This document shows, piece after piece, positions 38,819-48,872 of a stretch of DNA of 64,000 bases. The stretch is taken from contig NZ_JAJUFQ010000019.1 in assembly GCF_029263665.1 (NCBI RefSeq), positions 18,604 to 82,603 of the forward strand, read 5' to 3'. Each line of letters starts with the position of its first letter. The first letter of the stretch is position 1. A model generated the notes under the pieces. It had not been told where the DNA came from. It was given only the letters and a program-made list of their open reading frames with translations, and made no database searches. The position numbers and the translations under genes were made by a program. This stretch comes from Halomonas sp. (GTDB taxonomy: Bacteria > Pseudomonadota > Gammaproteobacteria > Pseudomonadales > Halomonadaceae).

Positions 38819-40563
38819 CTCTGCTCTCGCTGCTCAAGCCTAAACTGGAGGAGCATATGATCGAGTCCAACTGGGTCAACGACGTTGAGGATGGGCAACT
38901 CGGACGAGACCGAGAACGAATGCATCGCAGTCTCGGTGAGATGTGTGGTGCCCTCTCCGGTGTGGATCGGCGTCAACGACGATCGGCCATACAGGATGTA
39001 TTGTTTGGCGACGAGATCCTCAAAAATAGATTCCCGGCGCCCCTGCTCCATGCCCCGTTCCATCTGCTCGTGCCATTGAACGTGTGCCGCCTCGCGCTGC
39101 ATTTCACTAGGGTGCAGCTCGACTAAACGCTCAATACCTTCCATCGCATCTTGAAGCGCTGCCTTTCGTGTGAGCACTTCAGCAAGGTCCGGGATGCTCT
39201 CAGCGTAACGCTCAAGGTAGTTCTTCAACTCTCCCCCATAGCTCACGAGCAAGGGGTGATAGATCAGATCGAGGACATCATTTTTGATATCTGAAGACCC
39301 ATCGCGAAGTACCGCTAACGGTATAGCAACTGCGGCCAGAGGATCAATGAAGAACCACCCAATGGCCTTGCGGCAGAGATATAGTTGATCCAATGGCTCC
39401 AATGGAAGAGATGACGTAGGGATGGAGAAGGGAGGATCATCGTTTCCGACACCGCAAACTTCGCTAGCCACGCATTGGTGGGTGTACATACTCCCGTTCA
39501 GCAGCCAGTACACAACCGCGCCACCCATCACATCAGAGCCGGCATTTTTCAGCGTGTAGCAAGTGCTCTGGAACGCGTTCAGCGTAATCCGGCCTTTTGA
39601 ACGATCAAATAACTCACGAAGCAGGAAAATCACTTTCTCAGCATGCCCAGCGCCCACAAGCTGATATGCTGCATGGTCGAGGTGCGAAATCGTTCCTGCG
39701 CTATCTGGGTCAACATCCGCAGCGGCATCAAGGCACAGGTTCATAGCGTTTTCTGTGAGCCCGACCTGGTGACGCCACAGCAGGTCCACTGCCAAGTGGA
39801 TCGAGATGGGACTTCTCGTCTGAACGACCCGTTCAAGTTGTTCGTCAAAACCGACTGGTGCAAGTGTTTTTCGCTGTGCAGCAGCACGATAGCCCGCTTC
39901 GAGGGACCGGAGTGCGATGTCTTCGTCATTACTGGACGCCTCTTGGAGCAGGATGTTGAGCACCTCATCGTAGCGTTCACCCAGCTCCATGGCACCCAAA
40001 GCAGAGAGGGCGGCGAGCTTCGCCTCCCTCTCGTGAGCCTGCGCAAAAATGAGGCTTTCCTCGATATCGGCGTTCATTACGAGAACCGTGAATAGTTGAC
40101 GCAGAGCCAGGCCATCACCGGCACGTACCGCTTCGTAGACCCTGGAGGATCTGACCGGGTCCTTCTTCGTCCACTCCCCAAAAGCGGTACTCGGGGCGCC
40201 AGCAGCCAGATCGTTGCCACCTGTATCGAGCAGGCGCGTGACGAAGGCAAGAAGAATGTCCTGATCTACGTTCAGAAGAGGTATCAGGTCGCATAGAACA
40301 TGCTGGACGAGGAAGAAGCGCGGTCCCTCCAGCTCTGCCAGCGCATCTTCGATATGGAGGTCAATCGGCGGCGCATCGGTAGCGTTCAATATGGTCGCAA
40401 GCGTCTCGAGCAACGCAGAATGGTTATCGTCCAGACTCCGACACTCACGATCCGCAACCGTACGGACCAAGCCGCGTGTGCGAAGTTGAGTAGCCAATTC
40501 CGCCTCGTCTACCGGTGTCCCCTCTGTTGCCATTGGTCTACCCATTGGATCCTTTGTTCCCAA
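38815..40563 (-). CDS. 582-aa hypothetical protein, predicted alpha-helical (HEAT/ARM-like)
   Basis: Long intact ORF with repeated amphipathic helices; no catalytic motif recognised; start may be 40533. Confidence 0.75.
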   Translation of the reverse strand: MGTKDPMGRPMATEGTPVDEAELATQLRTRGLVRTVADRECRSLDDNHSALLETLATILNATDAPPIDLHIEDALAELEGPRFFLVQHVLCDLIPLLNVDQDILLAFVTRLLDTGGNDLAAGAPSTAFGEWTKKDPVRSSRVYEAVRAGDGLALRQLFTVLVMNADIEESLIFAQAHEREAKLAALSALGAMELGERYDEVLNILLQEASSNDEDIALRSLEAGYRAAAQRKTLAPVGFDEQLERVVQTRSPISIHLAVDLLWRHQVGLTENAMNLCLDAAADVDPDSAGTISHLDHAAYQLVGAGHAEKVIFLLRELFDRSKGRITLNAFQSTCYTLKNAGSDVMGGAVVYWLLNGSMYTHQCVASEVCGVGNDDPPFSIPTSSLPLEPLDQLYLCRKAIGWFFIDPLAAVAIPLAVLRDGSSDIKNDVLDLIYHPLLVSYGGELKNYLERYAESIPDLAEVLTRKAALQDAMEGIERLVELHPSEMQREAAHVQWHEQMERGMEQGRRESIFEDLVAKQYILYGRSSLTPIHTGEGTTHLTETAMHSFSVSSELPILNVVDPVGLDHMLLQFRLEQREQR

Positions 40564-40665
40564 AAGAGCTTATAAGATTCTCACAGTCGAGGAAATTCCC
40601 CCAGTCTATTTCGCACTCATGCTGCTACATAAGAGCCCCACTTCCACTCACATACTGTCAGACAC

Positions 40666-40691
40666 AAAAAAGCCCATGAAAACATGGGCTT
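40666..40691 (-). terminator. guaA rho-independent terminator
   Basis: Minus strand AAGCCCATG-TTTT-CATGGGCTT running into a T tract. Confidence 0.8.
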
Positions 40692-40738
40692 GAATACGAT
40701 CTATTACTGGTTACTGCCAGCTAGTGCCTTACGTGTGA

Positions 40739-42316
40739 TCACTCCCACTCAATCGTCGCGGGCGGCTTGCTTGATACGTCGTAGGTCACGCGGGAGACGC
40801 CGGGCAGTTCGTTGATGATGCGGTTGGACACCTTCTCCAGCAGTTCGTAAGGCAGATGGGCCCAACGGGCGGTCATGAAGTCGATGGTTTCCACGGCGCG
40901 CAGGGCGATGACCCATTCGTAGCGACGACCGTCGCCGACCACGCCAACGGACTTGACCGGCAGGAACACGGCGAAGGCCTGGCTGGTCTTGTGGTACCAA
41001 CCGGAAGCGTGCAGTTCTTCGATGAAGATGGCGTCGGCATCGCGCAGGATATCGGCGTATTCCTTCTTCACTTCGCCGAGGATGCGCACGCCCAGGCCCG
41101 GTCCCGGGAAGGGATGGCGGTAGACCATGTCGTACGGCAGGCCAAGTTCGAGACCCAGCTTGCGCACTTCATCCTTGAACAGTTCGCGCAGCGGCTCGAC
41201 CAGTTGAAGCTTCATGTCTTCCGGCAGGCCACCAACGTTATGGTGCGACTTGATCACATGGGCCTTGCCGGTCTTGGCGGCGGCAGACTCGATCACGTCC
41301 GGATAGATGGTGCCTTGGGCCAGGAATTCGACACCTTCGATCTTGGCGGATTCCTCATCGAATACTTCGATGAAGGTGTTACCGATGACCTTGCGCTTCT
41401 GCTCGGGATCGCTGACACCTTCCAGCTTGCCGAGGAACAGCGACTCAGCATCGGCACGAATCACGCGCACGCCCATATGCTTGGCGAAGGTTTCCATGAC
41501 CTGATCGCCTTCGTTCTTGCGCAGCAGGCCATTGTCGACGAATACGCAGGTCAACTGGTCGCCGATAGCCTTGTGCAGCAGCGCTGCCACCACGGAAGAG
41601 TCGACACCACCAGAAAGTCCCAGCAGTACATGACGATCGCCGACCTGGTCACGCACTCGAGCGATCTGGTCTTCAATGATTTGTGCCGGCGTCCAGTTGC
41701 ACTCGCTCTGACAGATATCCACCACGAAGTGCTCAAGGATTCGCTGGCCCTGCAGGGTATGCGTCACTTCCGGGTGGAACTGCACACCGTAGAAGCGCTT
41801 TTCTTCCCAGGCCATGGCCGCGATCGGGCAACTGGGCGTAGAAGCGGTAATGGTGAATTCCTTGGGCGCTTCCGCCACCTTGTCACCGTGGCTCATCCAC
41901 ACATCCAGCAGGCCACGGCCAGTCTCGTGGTCGACGTGGTCCTTGATGTCCTTGAACAGGGCGTTCTCGGCATCTACACGAATCTGGGCATAACCGAACT
42001 CGCGCTTGTTGGAGCCTGCAACACTGCCACCGAGCTGTTCGGCCATGGTCTGCATGCCATAGCAGATGCCCAGTACCGGCAGTCCCATCTCGAACACGCA
42101 ATCGGGGGCGCGCGGAGAGTCCAGTTCGGTCACCGACTCCGGGCCACCGGCAAGAATGATACCGTTGGGCTGATACTCGCGGATTTCTTCTTCGCTGATG
42201 TCGAAGGCGCGAACCTCGGAGTAGACACCGATTTCCCGTACCCGACGCGCAATCAGCTGGGTGTACTGGGAACCGAAGTCGAGGATCAGGATCTTGTGGG
42301 CGTGAATATCGGTCAT
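40739..42316 (-). CDS. guaA: GMP synthase (glutamine-hydrolysing)
   Basis: [35 protein letters not shown] and KPPATIEWE motifs. Confidence 0.98.
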   Translation of the reverse strand: MTDIHAHKILILDFGSQYTQLIARRVREIGVYSEVRAFDISEEEIREYQPNGIILAGGPESVTELDSPRAPDCVFEMGLPVLGICYGMQTMAEQLGGSVAGSNKREFGYAQIRVDAENALFKDIKDHVDHETGRGLLDVWMSHGDKVAEAPKEFTITASTPSCPIAAMAWEEKRFYGVQFHPEVTHTLQGQRILEHFVVDICQSECNWTPAQIIEDQIARVRDQVGDRHVLLGLSGGVDSSVVAALLHKAIGDQLTCVFVDNGLLRKNEGDQVMETFAKHMGVRVIRADAESLFLGKLEGVSDPEQKRKVIGNTFIEVFDEESAKIEGVEFLAQGTIYPDVIESAAAKTGKAHVIKSHHNVGGLPEDMKLQLVEPLRELFKDEVRKLGLELGLPYDMVYRHPFPGPGLGVRILGEVKKEYADILRDADAIFIEELHASGWYHKTSQAFAVFLPVKSVGVVGDGRRYEWVIALRAVETIDFMTARWAHLPYELLEKVSNRIINELPGVSRVTYDVSSKPPATIEWE

Positions 42317-42449
42317 CGGACTTTCCTGGTAGAGGAACCTGAAACGTTACGGAAAGCGAAAAGCTGGAAGCGGTGCCTGCCCTTGCAAGGACCGACCACT
42401 CCCAGCTCGTTCATGCGGCCTGGCGAGTCATTGCTCAATCAGGACGCTA

Positions 42450-43919
42450 CTAGCCAACACGATAGTTGGGCGCTTCCTTGGTGATCTGAACGTCATGGAC
42501 GTGAGACTCGTTGAAGCCGGCAGCGGTGATCTTGACGAACTCCGGCTTGGTACGCATCTCATCGACGGTGGAACAGCCGGTGTAGCCCATGGAGGCACGC
42601 AAACCGCCCATCAACTGATGGACGATGGCGCTCATCATGCCTTTGTAAGGTACGCGACCTTCGATGCCCTCCGGCACCAGTTTCTCGACACCGTCATCCT
42701 TGTCCTGGAAGTAGCGGTCGCTGGACCCCTGGGTCTGGGACATGGCTCCCATGGAACCCATGCCGCGGTAAGCCTTGTAGGTACGGCCCTGGAACAGCTC
42801 GACCTCGCCGGGAGCTTCTTCGGTGCCGGCCAGCAGGCCACCGACCATGATGCAGCTGGCACCCGCCACCACCGCCTTGGCAATATCGCCGGAGAAGCGG
42901 ATGCCTCCATCGGCAATCAGCGGGATATCATATGGCTCGAGAGCTTCAGCAACGTTGGCCACGGCACTGATCTGGGGAACACCGACACCAGCGACGATAC
43001 GTGTGGTACAGATGGAACCCGGGCCGATCCCGACCTTGACCGCGTCCGCTCCCGCTTCGGCCAGTGCCTTGGCAGCAGCAGCGGTAGCGATGTTGCCACC
43101 GATGACCTGAATCTGCGGATAGTTCTCCTTGACCCAGCGCACACGCTCGATCACGCCCTTGGAATGGCCGTGAGCTGTATCGACCACGATGGCATCCACA
43201 CCGGCTTCGGCCAGGGCGGCAACACGATCGGGCGTGTCAGGGCCAGTACCTACCGCGGCACCGACCAGCAGACGACCATCGGCATCCTTGGCTGCATTGG
43301 GGAAAGTACGAGCTTTCTCGATATCCTGGAAAGTGACCAGGCCACGCAGGTGAAAGTCGTCATCCACGACCAGCATCTTCTCGACGCGGTGCTCCTGCAT
43401 CTTGCCCTTGATCACATCCAGCCCAGTGCCTTCCGCTACCGTGACCAGGCGCTCACGCGGGGTCATGATATCGGCCACGCTATCGCCATGATTGGGCTGG
43501 AAGCGCATGTCACGCTCGGTGACCAGACCGACCAGGCTCTCCCCCTCGACTACCGGGAAACCGGAGAAGCCATACTCCTTCGCCATGGCCAGCAGATCGG
43601 ACAGCTTGGCCTTGGGACCCACGGTGACCGGGTCCTTGACGATGACGCTCTCGTGCTTCTTGACCTTGCGCACTTCCGTCGCCTGCTGGGCGATTGTCAT
43701 GCTCTTGTGGATGATGCCGATGCCGCCTTCCTGCGCCATGGCAATCGCCAGGCGCGCTTCGGTGACAGTGTCCATGGCAGCGGAAGCGAGAGGAATGTTG
43801 AGGAAGAGGTCGCGCGTCAAGCGGGTCCGGAGACTGACATCCTTGGGGAGGATTTCGGAGTAGCCGGGAACGAGCAATACGTCGTCAAACGTAAGTGCTT
43901 CTTGGGCCATACGTAACAT
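42450..43919 (-). CDS. guaB: IMP dehydrogenase
   Basis: [12 protein letters not shown] pair, [11 protein letters not shown] and YRGMGS motifs. Confidence 0.98.
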   Translation of the reverse strand: MLRMAQEALTFDDVLLVPGYSEILPKDVSLRTRLTRDLFLNIPLASAAMDTVTEARLAIAMAQEGGIGIIHKSMTIAQQATEVRKVKKHESVIVKDPVTVGPKAKLSDLLAMAKEYGFSGFPVVEGESLVGLVTERDMRFQPNHGDSVADIMTPRERLVTVAEGTGLDVIKGKMQEHRVEKMLVVDDDFHLRGLVTFQDIEKARTFPNAAKDADGRLLVGAAVGTGPDTPDRVAALAEAGVDAIVVDTAHGHSKGVIERVRWVKENYPQIQVIGGNIATAAAAKALAEAGADAVKVGIGPGSICTTRIVAGVGVPQISAVANVAEALEPYDIPLIADGGIRFSGDIAKAVVAGASCIMVGGLLAGTEEAPGEVELFQGRTYKAYRGMGSMGAMSQTQGSSDRYFQDKDDGVEKLVPEGIEGRVPYKGMMSAIVHQLMGGLRASMGYTGCSTVDEMRTKPEFVKITAAGFNESHVHDVQITKEAPNYRVG

Positions 43920-44050
43920 AATCGGCAACACCCACAGGCTGGTAGGAGGGAGATAAGTTAATCGAGCATTATAACGTTTTGACCACGTTTCGGGCAATGT
44001 GCTCTAGCGATTACCTGGGGATCAAGGCGCCACTTTCTCATTCACGTCTC

Positions 44051-45136
44051 TCATTCATGTCTCTCGTCCACGGCCTCCCTGTCCCCAGAGAAAGCCTGCC
44101 GCCAGTGCTCGATGAAGGCTTCACGCCTGGCGGGGTCGACGAAGGCCAGCAGTGAGGCATTGATAGGGATCGGATACAGGCGATCTCCTACTTGCCCGAG
44201 CAAGCGAGCCGCGGTGTAAGGCCCCTTGATCCCTGGCCGAATGCTGAACATCGGCGTCTGCCCTGCGAGTACGCCCTGCCCTTCCTCGCTGAGCAGGAAA
44301 TTGACGAATGTCGTCGCAGCGGCAGGATGTGGTGCATCCCGATGCACGAACACCATACGCATCATGACCAGGCTGTAATCCGTGGGAATCTGGACGATGA
44401 CATTGGGGTGTTCCTGGGCATAGACCAGGGCATAGGAGCCCAGCAGGTTATAGCCTAGCCAATAACGTCCGCTATCTATGCCCTCAAGCATGCGCTGGGT
44501 ATTCTCCAGCGCCTCTGTCTCGACCCTCCCCATGCTGGTCACCAGATCCCAGAAACGCGAAGAATAGCGCGCATCCTGCTGGAACAATGTGTATCCGATG
44601 CCACTGTTAAAAGGCGAATAGGTCACGACCCGACCGCGCAGAAGGTTCTGTCGGGAATCCAGCAACTCAAGCAGGTCCGCATGGGTTTCCGGGGGCAGAA
44701 CATGACGGGAAAGCTCGAGATGGTAAGCCATCACAATAGGTTCGAAAGTGAAGCCGAAGACTTCATCGCGCCATTTGGCCCATTCCGGCCAGTTGAGTAT
44801 CTCCTCGCTATCCAGGCGGCGCGCCAGCCCCGCATTGACCTGGGCCATCTGCCAGGGCATCGCCGAACTGATCACCACATCCGGTGGATTTCCCTCGGTG
44901 ACACTGCGGTCAACCTCCAGGGAGCTCCGGTCGCGATATTCGAACTGAATATGCGGATAGGCGCGGCCAAAGGCTTCCAGCAGCGGCGCCACTACCGCTT
45001 CATCCAGCGCCGCAGCGATCACCAGCTTGGATGGCGGCGGAACACTGCCCTTGGGCCGTTCCACGACCAGCCACGTGGAGGCCAGCCCAATAGCCAGCAA
45101 GACAGTGGCCGCCAGGCTGATACGCAGGGCAGTCAT
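44051..45136 (-). CDS. Periplasmic-binding-protein-like protein (PgtC/AfuA-like), coupled to the sensor kinase
   Basis: N-terminal anchor; DVVISSA, GYNLLGSYA and FVNFLLSEEGQ motifs; ATGA overlap with tctE; no ABC permease or ATPase nearby. Confidence 0.75.
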   Translation of the reverse strand: MTALRISLAATVLLAIGLASTWLVVERPKGSVPPPSKLVIAAALDEAVVAPLLEAFGRAYPHIQFEYRDRSSLEVDRSVTEGNPPDVVISSAMPWQMAQVNAGLARRLDSEEILNWPEWAKWRDEVFGFTFEPIVMAYHLELSRHVLPPETHADLLELLDSRQNLLRGRVVTYSPFNSGIGYTLFQQDARYSSRFWDLVTSMGRVETEALENTQRMLEGIDSGRYWLGYNLLGSYALVYAQEHPNVIVQIPTDYSLVMMRMVFVHRDAPHPAAATTFVNFLLSEEGQGVLAGQTPMFSIRPGIKGPYTAARLLGQVGDRLYPIPINASLLAFVDPARREAFIEHWRQAFSGDREAVDERHE

Positions 45137-46533
45137 GAGGCCTCCTCCTCCGCCAGGCGTAAGCGCAACTCGACAACGAGCCCTGACGGCGACAGGTTCG
45201 CTACTTTCAAGTGACCGCCAAGGCGCCGAGCGATGCTATCGACAATCGCCATACCCAGCCCCGAACCCTCGGTTCCCTGCCTGCCCAGACGCTCAAAGGG
45301 TCGGCACAGGCGTTCCAGCTGTTCTTCGGGCACACCGGGGCCATCATCACGAATCGTCAGGCAACCTTCGTTTTCTTCTCTCCGCAGCCCCAGAGTAATG
45401 CTGCTGCCAGCCGGCGTATAACGCAGTGCGTTATCGATGACATTGCCGATCAACTCGCGCAACGCCCAGGCTTCCGCTTCCACCCACAACGGCTGGGTCG
45501 GTAACGTATCAAGCCCCAGGTCATGCCTATTGGCTTCATCGCGCCCCGCCCATTCCAGAGCAACATCCCTCATCAGTCCGCACAATTCCACACGCTGGCG
45601 CTGCGGCGCGTCATCAAGATGGCGCAAGCGCGCCAGCGACAGTAATTGTCCAGCAAGTCGGCTGGTACGTTCGGCACTGCCATGTACCTCTTCCAGCGCT
45701 GCGCGCCACTGTCCAGGGTCCGAGCTGCGCAGCGCCAGTTCACTGATGGTCTGCAAGCCGGCCAGTGGCGTCTTGAGCTGATGGCTGGCATCGGCGGTGA
45801 AACGCAGCAGCACTTCTCGTCCTTCACGTTGGCGTGTGAACAGTTGATCCAATGTCTGAACCAATTCATGCATTTCCTTGGGCACTTCGGCGTCCAGCGG
45901 ACGCATGTCGTCAGCCTCGCGCAGACGCAACTGGTGACGCAGGCGACGCAAAGGCATCAATGCCACGCGTATGGTCAGCGCCATCAGAACGCCAGCCAGC
46001 AACACCATGGCAAGGAAACGCGATACTGCTTGCTTGAACAGCGTAAGGGCCAGTGTTTGACGTCCACCGAGCGTGTGCCCGACCCAGACCTGAACCGGTT
46101 CCTGGCTGACCCACCCTGGCGCTGACACTTCGCGACCGTAGACACGCAATTCGCCATAGGCGGTATGCAATGCCGTTTCCAGGGGGGCCTTGCGCACGCT
46201 GTCACGCAAGGCTTGCGGAATCGTCACCTCCCAGTTGGAGGACAGGCGACGTTCTTGGCTATCGAGAACGGCATAGAACACTCGTTCCTGAGAACTGGTG
46301 GCAAGGATCTGCAACGCCGATACAGGAATCACCACTTCCGGGCGTCCATCCTGCCACTGGACGGCCTCGGAGATGCTCAAGGCGGCCGCCTCGAGTTGCG
46401 CATCGAACGCACGGTCCGCCGCCTGACGGCTGCTGACCCATGCTTCGATCATCAACAAAGCACCAAGCCCGATGACGGTCACCAGCAACCAAGCGGCCAT
46501 GCGCCGCTTGAGCGAACCAGTGACGACAATCAC
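45133..46533 (-). CDS. tctE: Sensor histidine kinase TctE
   Basis: Two TM segments; ASHQLKTPL H-box, NVIDNALRY, DDGPG and GSGLGM motifs. Confidence 0.85.
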   Translation of the reverse strand: MIVVTGSLKRRMAAWLLVTVIGLGALLMIEAWVSSRQAADRAFDAQLEAAALSISEAVQWQDGRPEVVIPVSALQILATSSQERVFYAVLDSQERRLSSNWEVTIPQALRDSVRKAPLETALHTAYGELRVYGREVSAPGWVSQEPVQVWVGHTLGGRQTLALTLFKQAVSRFLAMVLLAGVLMALTIRVALMPLRRLRHQLRLREADDMRPLDAEVPKEMHELVQTLDQLFTRQREGREVLLRFTADASHQLKTPLAGLQTISELALRSSDPGQWRAALEEVHGSAERTSRLAGQLLSLARLRHLDDAPQRQRVELCGLMRDVALEWAGRDEANRHDLGLDTLPTQPLWVEAEAWALRELIGNVIDNALRYTPAGSSITLGLRREENEGCLTIRDDGPGVPEEQLERLCRPFERLGRQGTEGSGLGMAIVDSIARRLGGHLKVANLSPSGLVVELRLRLAEEEAS

Positions 46534-47198
46534 CCCTGCTCTTCCTCGAGGCGATATCCCAGGCCACGAAAGGTGCGGATGCGCAAACCACTTCCCTTGA
46601 GCCGCTTACGTACTCGGCTGACGTAGACTTCCAGTGCATTGGAGCCAACTTCGCCGAAACCGAACAGGCGGCTTTCCAGTGTCTCCCGAGGCACGATGTT
46701 GCCGGCATGCACCAGCAGGCTCTCCACCAGTAGGCGCTCGCGGTGAGGCAATGACAGGGCACAACCGTCAAGGCTTGCTGCCCCTGTTGCCGGGTCGAAC
46801 ATCAGCGGTCCAAGCCTCAACAGGTTCTCGGTTCGCTGCTGGCTTCGGCGCAGCAATGCGCGGACCCTGGCTTCCAGTTCCGCCAACTGGAACGGCTTGG
46901 CCAGATAATCGTCGGCACCAAGATCCAGCCCGCGTACACGATCATCCAGGTTATCCCTGGCCGTCAGAATCAGTACCGGCGTGGAATCTCCTCGCTCACG
47001 CATCTCTTCCAGCAACCCCAGTCCATCACCATCCGGCAGGCCCAGATCCAGCAGCAGCAAGTCGAATGCTCCCTGGTGTATGGCCTCCTTTGCCGTGCGA
47101 TAGGTCGAAAAGGTCTCGACGGTATTGCCAAGGGACGTGAGAGCCTGAGTCAGGGAACGCGAAATCAATGAATCGTCTTCGACAACGAGAAGGCGCAT
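46530..47198 (-). CDS. tctD: OmpR-family response regulator TctD
   Basis: MRLLVVEDD, LLDLGLPD, DYLAKPF and LEVYVSRVRKRL motifs; divergent from tctC. Confidence 0.85.
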   Translation of the reverse strand: MRLLVVEDDSLISRSLTQALTSLGNTVETFSTYRTAKEAIHQGAFDLLLLDLGLPDGDGLGLLEEMRERGDSTPVLILTARDNLDDRVRGLDLGADDYLAKPFQLAELEARVRALLRRSQQRTENLLRLGPLMFDPATGAASLDGCALSLPHRERLLVESLLVHAGNIVPRETLESRLFGFGEVGSNALEVYVSRVRKRLKGSGLRIRTFRGLGYRLEEEQG

Positions 47199-47230
47199 AC
47201 GACCAAAGTCTCGGTAAGAAGGGGTCAAGA

Positions 47231-47247
47231 TGACAGGTAGATGAAAG
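47231..47247 (+). promoter_or_regulatory. Candidate TctD box
   Basis: TGACAG-N5-TGAAAG direct repeat with 11-bp period, typical of OmpR-family sites, between tctD and tctC. Confidence 0.5.
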
Positions 47248-47288
47248 CTCCACTGCCTAGCATCGAAAACTTCCAGCATCTGCTTTTT

Positions 47289-47334
47289 CTGAACGACAGC
47301 TGTTCTCGCTGAACGATAGCTGTTTCCGCTGAAC
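47289..47334 (+). repeat. 20-bp imperfect tandem duplication upstream of tctC
   Basis: CTGAACGACAGCTGTTCTCG / CTGAACGATAGCTGTTTCCG / CTGAAC. Confidence 0.8.
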
Positions 47335-47369
47335 ACCCAAACACAACAAGATGCATTCAGGAGTCCGCC

Positions 47370-48374
47370 ATGAAGATTACCACATCGTTCCCATTGCGCC
47401 GTTCCCTCCCATTACTGGCCTGCACAGCGCTTGGTACCGTTCTGCTCGGTGGCGCAGGAGTCACTCAGGCTGCCGAAAAGACCGAGTGCATTGCACCAGC
47501 AAAACCTGGCGGTGGCTATGACCTGACCTGCCGCCTGGCCGCCAATGGCCTGCTCGATGCCAAGCTGATCGATGCCCCCATGCTGGTCACCTACATGCCC
47601 GGCGGTATCGGTGCCGTGGCCTACAACCATGTCAACGGCGTGCGCAAGGATGACGGCAATATGATTGTCGCGGCCAGCACGGGCGCAGCCGTCAACCTCG
47701 CGCTGGGCAAGTTCGGCCAGTACGATGCCAGTGAAGTGCGCTGGCTGGGGGCGCTGGGTGTTGATTATGGTGCCATCGTGGTCAAGGCCGACGCTCCCTG
47801 GCAGAACCTCGAAGAGCTGATGACAGCACTCAAGGAAAATCCTTCCCAGGTCGCTTTCGGGGCTGGCGGCAGCATCGGTAGCCAGGATTGGATGAAGGCG
47901 GCACTTACCGCCCAGGCTGCGGATATCGATCCCAAACGCCTGCGTTATGTCGCCTTCGAAGGGGGCGGTGAAGCTCTGGCAGCGCTGCTGGGCAATCATA
48001 TCCAAGTGTTTACCGGCGACCTGTCCGAGCTCAAGTCTCAGCTCGAGAGCGGCGACATCCGTGTCCTGGCGGCGCTATCTGAAGAGCGCATGGATGGGCC
48101 CTACGCTGATATTCCTACTGCTGCAGAACAAGGCTATGACGTGAAGTGGCCGATCTGGCGCGGCTACTACACGGGCCCTGAAGTCAGCGATGAAGACTAT
48201 CAAGCCTGGGTGGATCGTATCCAGAAACTGGCCGAAGACCCTGATTTCGCCAAGCTGCGTGAAGCCCGCGGACTATTCCCCATGGATATCGTCGGTGATG
48301 AGTTCGACGCTTACGTCAAGCAGCAAGTCGCTGACTTCAAGGAGTTGGCGCAACAGGTGGGGCTGACCCAATGA
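47370..48374 (+). CDS. tctC: Tripartite tricarboxylate transporter substrate-binding protein
   Basis: PAKPGGGYDLT, YMPGGIG, GSQDW and FEGGGE motifs; signal peptide. Confidence 0.9.
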   Translation: MKITTSFPLRRSLPLLACTALGTVLLGGAGVTQAAEKTECIAPAKPGGGYDLTCRLAANGLLDAKLIDAPMLVTYMPGGIGAVAYNHVNGVRKDDGNMIVAASTGAAVNLALGKFGQYDASEVRWLGALGVDYGAIVVKADAPWQNLEELMTALKENPSQVAFGAGGSIGSQDWMKAALTAQAADIDPKRLRYVAFEGGGEALAALLGNHIQVFTGDLSELKSQLESGDIRVLAALSEERMDGPYADIPTAAEQGYDVKWPIWRGYYTGPEVSDEDYQAWVDRIQKLAEDPDFAKLREARGLFPMDIVGDEFDAYVKQQVADFKELAQQVGLTQ

Positions 48375-48823
48375 GCATTTCCACCAGCCAGGCAGCGGAC
48401 CGCTGCCTGGGCATCGCCTTGATCGTTCTGGCGGCATTCTGTGCCGCCCACGCCTTGTCCCTCAATGTGCCCTTCAGCTATGACCCGGTTGGCCCCAAGG
48501 CTTTCCCTCTGGGGCTATCGGTCCTGCTGGGCGTGTTGTCCCTGGTGCTGATCTTTCGCCCTGGCCTCAACGGCCATTGGCCGGATGGCCGTCTAGCGCT
48601 GAAGCTGTGCGCGGTGCTCGCCATGCTGCTGATATACGCCCTGCTGTTCTCCCGTCTGGGGTACGCCATCAGCTCATGCATTGTCATCACGCTGCTGGCA
48701 CGTCTGTTCTCCGCCTCATGGCGGCAGGCCATCATCACCGGTGTTCTCATGGCCCTGGGCAGCTACTGGCTGTTCACCCACGGGTTGGACATCACTCTGC
48801 CTAGCGGCACCTGGCTGAGTTAG
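48371..48823 (+). CDS. tctB: Tripartite tricarboxylate transporter small membrane subunit
   Basis: DPVGPKAFP and LDITLPSG motifs; 4-5 hydrophobic segments. Confidence 0.85.
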   Translation: MSISTSQAADRCLGIALIVLAAFCAAHALSLNVPFSYDPVGPKAFPLGLSVLLGVLSLVLIFRPGLNGHWPDGRLALKLCAVLAMLLIYALLFSRLGYAISSCIVITLLARLFSASWRQAIITGVLMALGSYWLFTHGLDITLPSGTWLS

Positions 48824-48872
48824 CAGTTTCTGGCAGGGCCAGACATGCCCCTGCCAAGAATGAGGTATTCCT

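Noticed and set aside
32600-40739. Integrase, prophage genes or an att direct repeat for the guaA-linked island
   Set aside because: No tyrosine or serine recombinase or phage structural gene was recognised, and no copy of the guaA 3' end was seen by eye; it may lie outside the window.
40856-43916. Long + strand ORFs of 542 and 473 aa
   Set aside because: They are antisense shadows of guaA and guaB, expected from high-GC codon bias. The same applies to ORFs opposite cstA, tctA, glrR, emrA and czcD.
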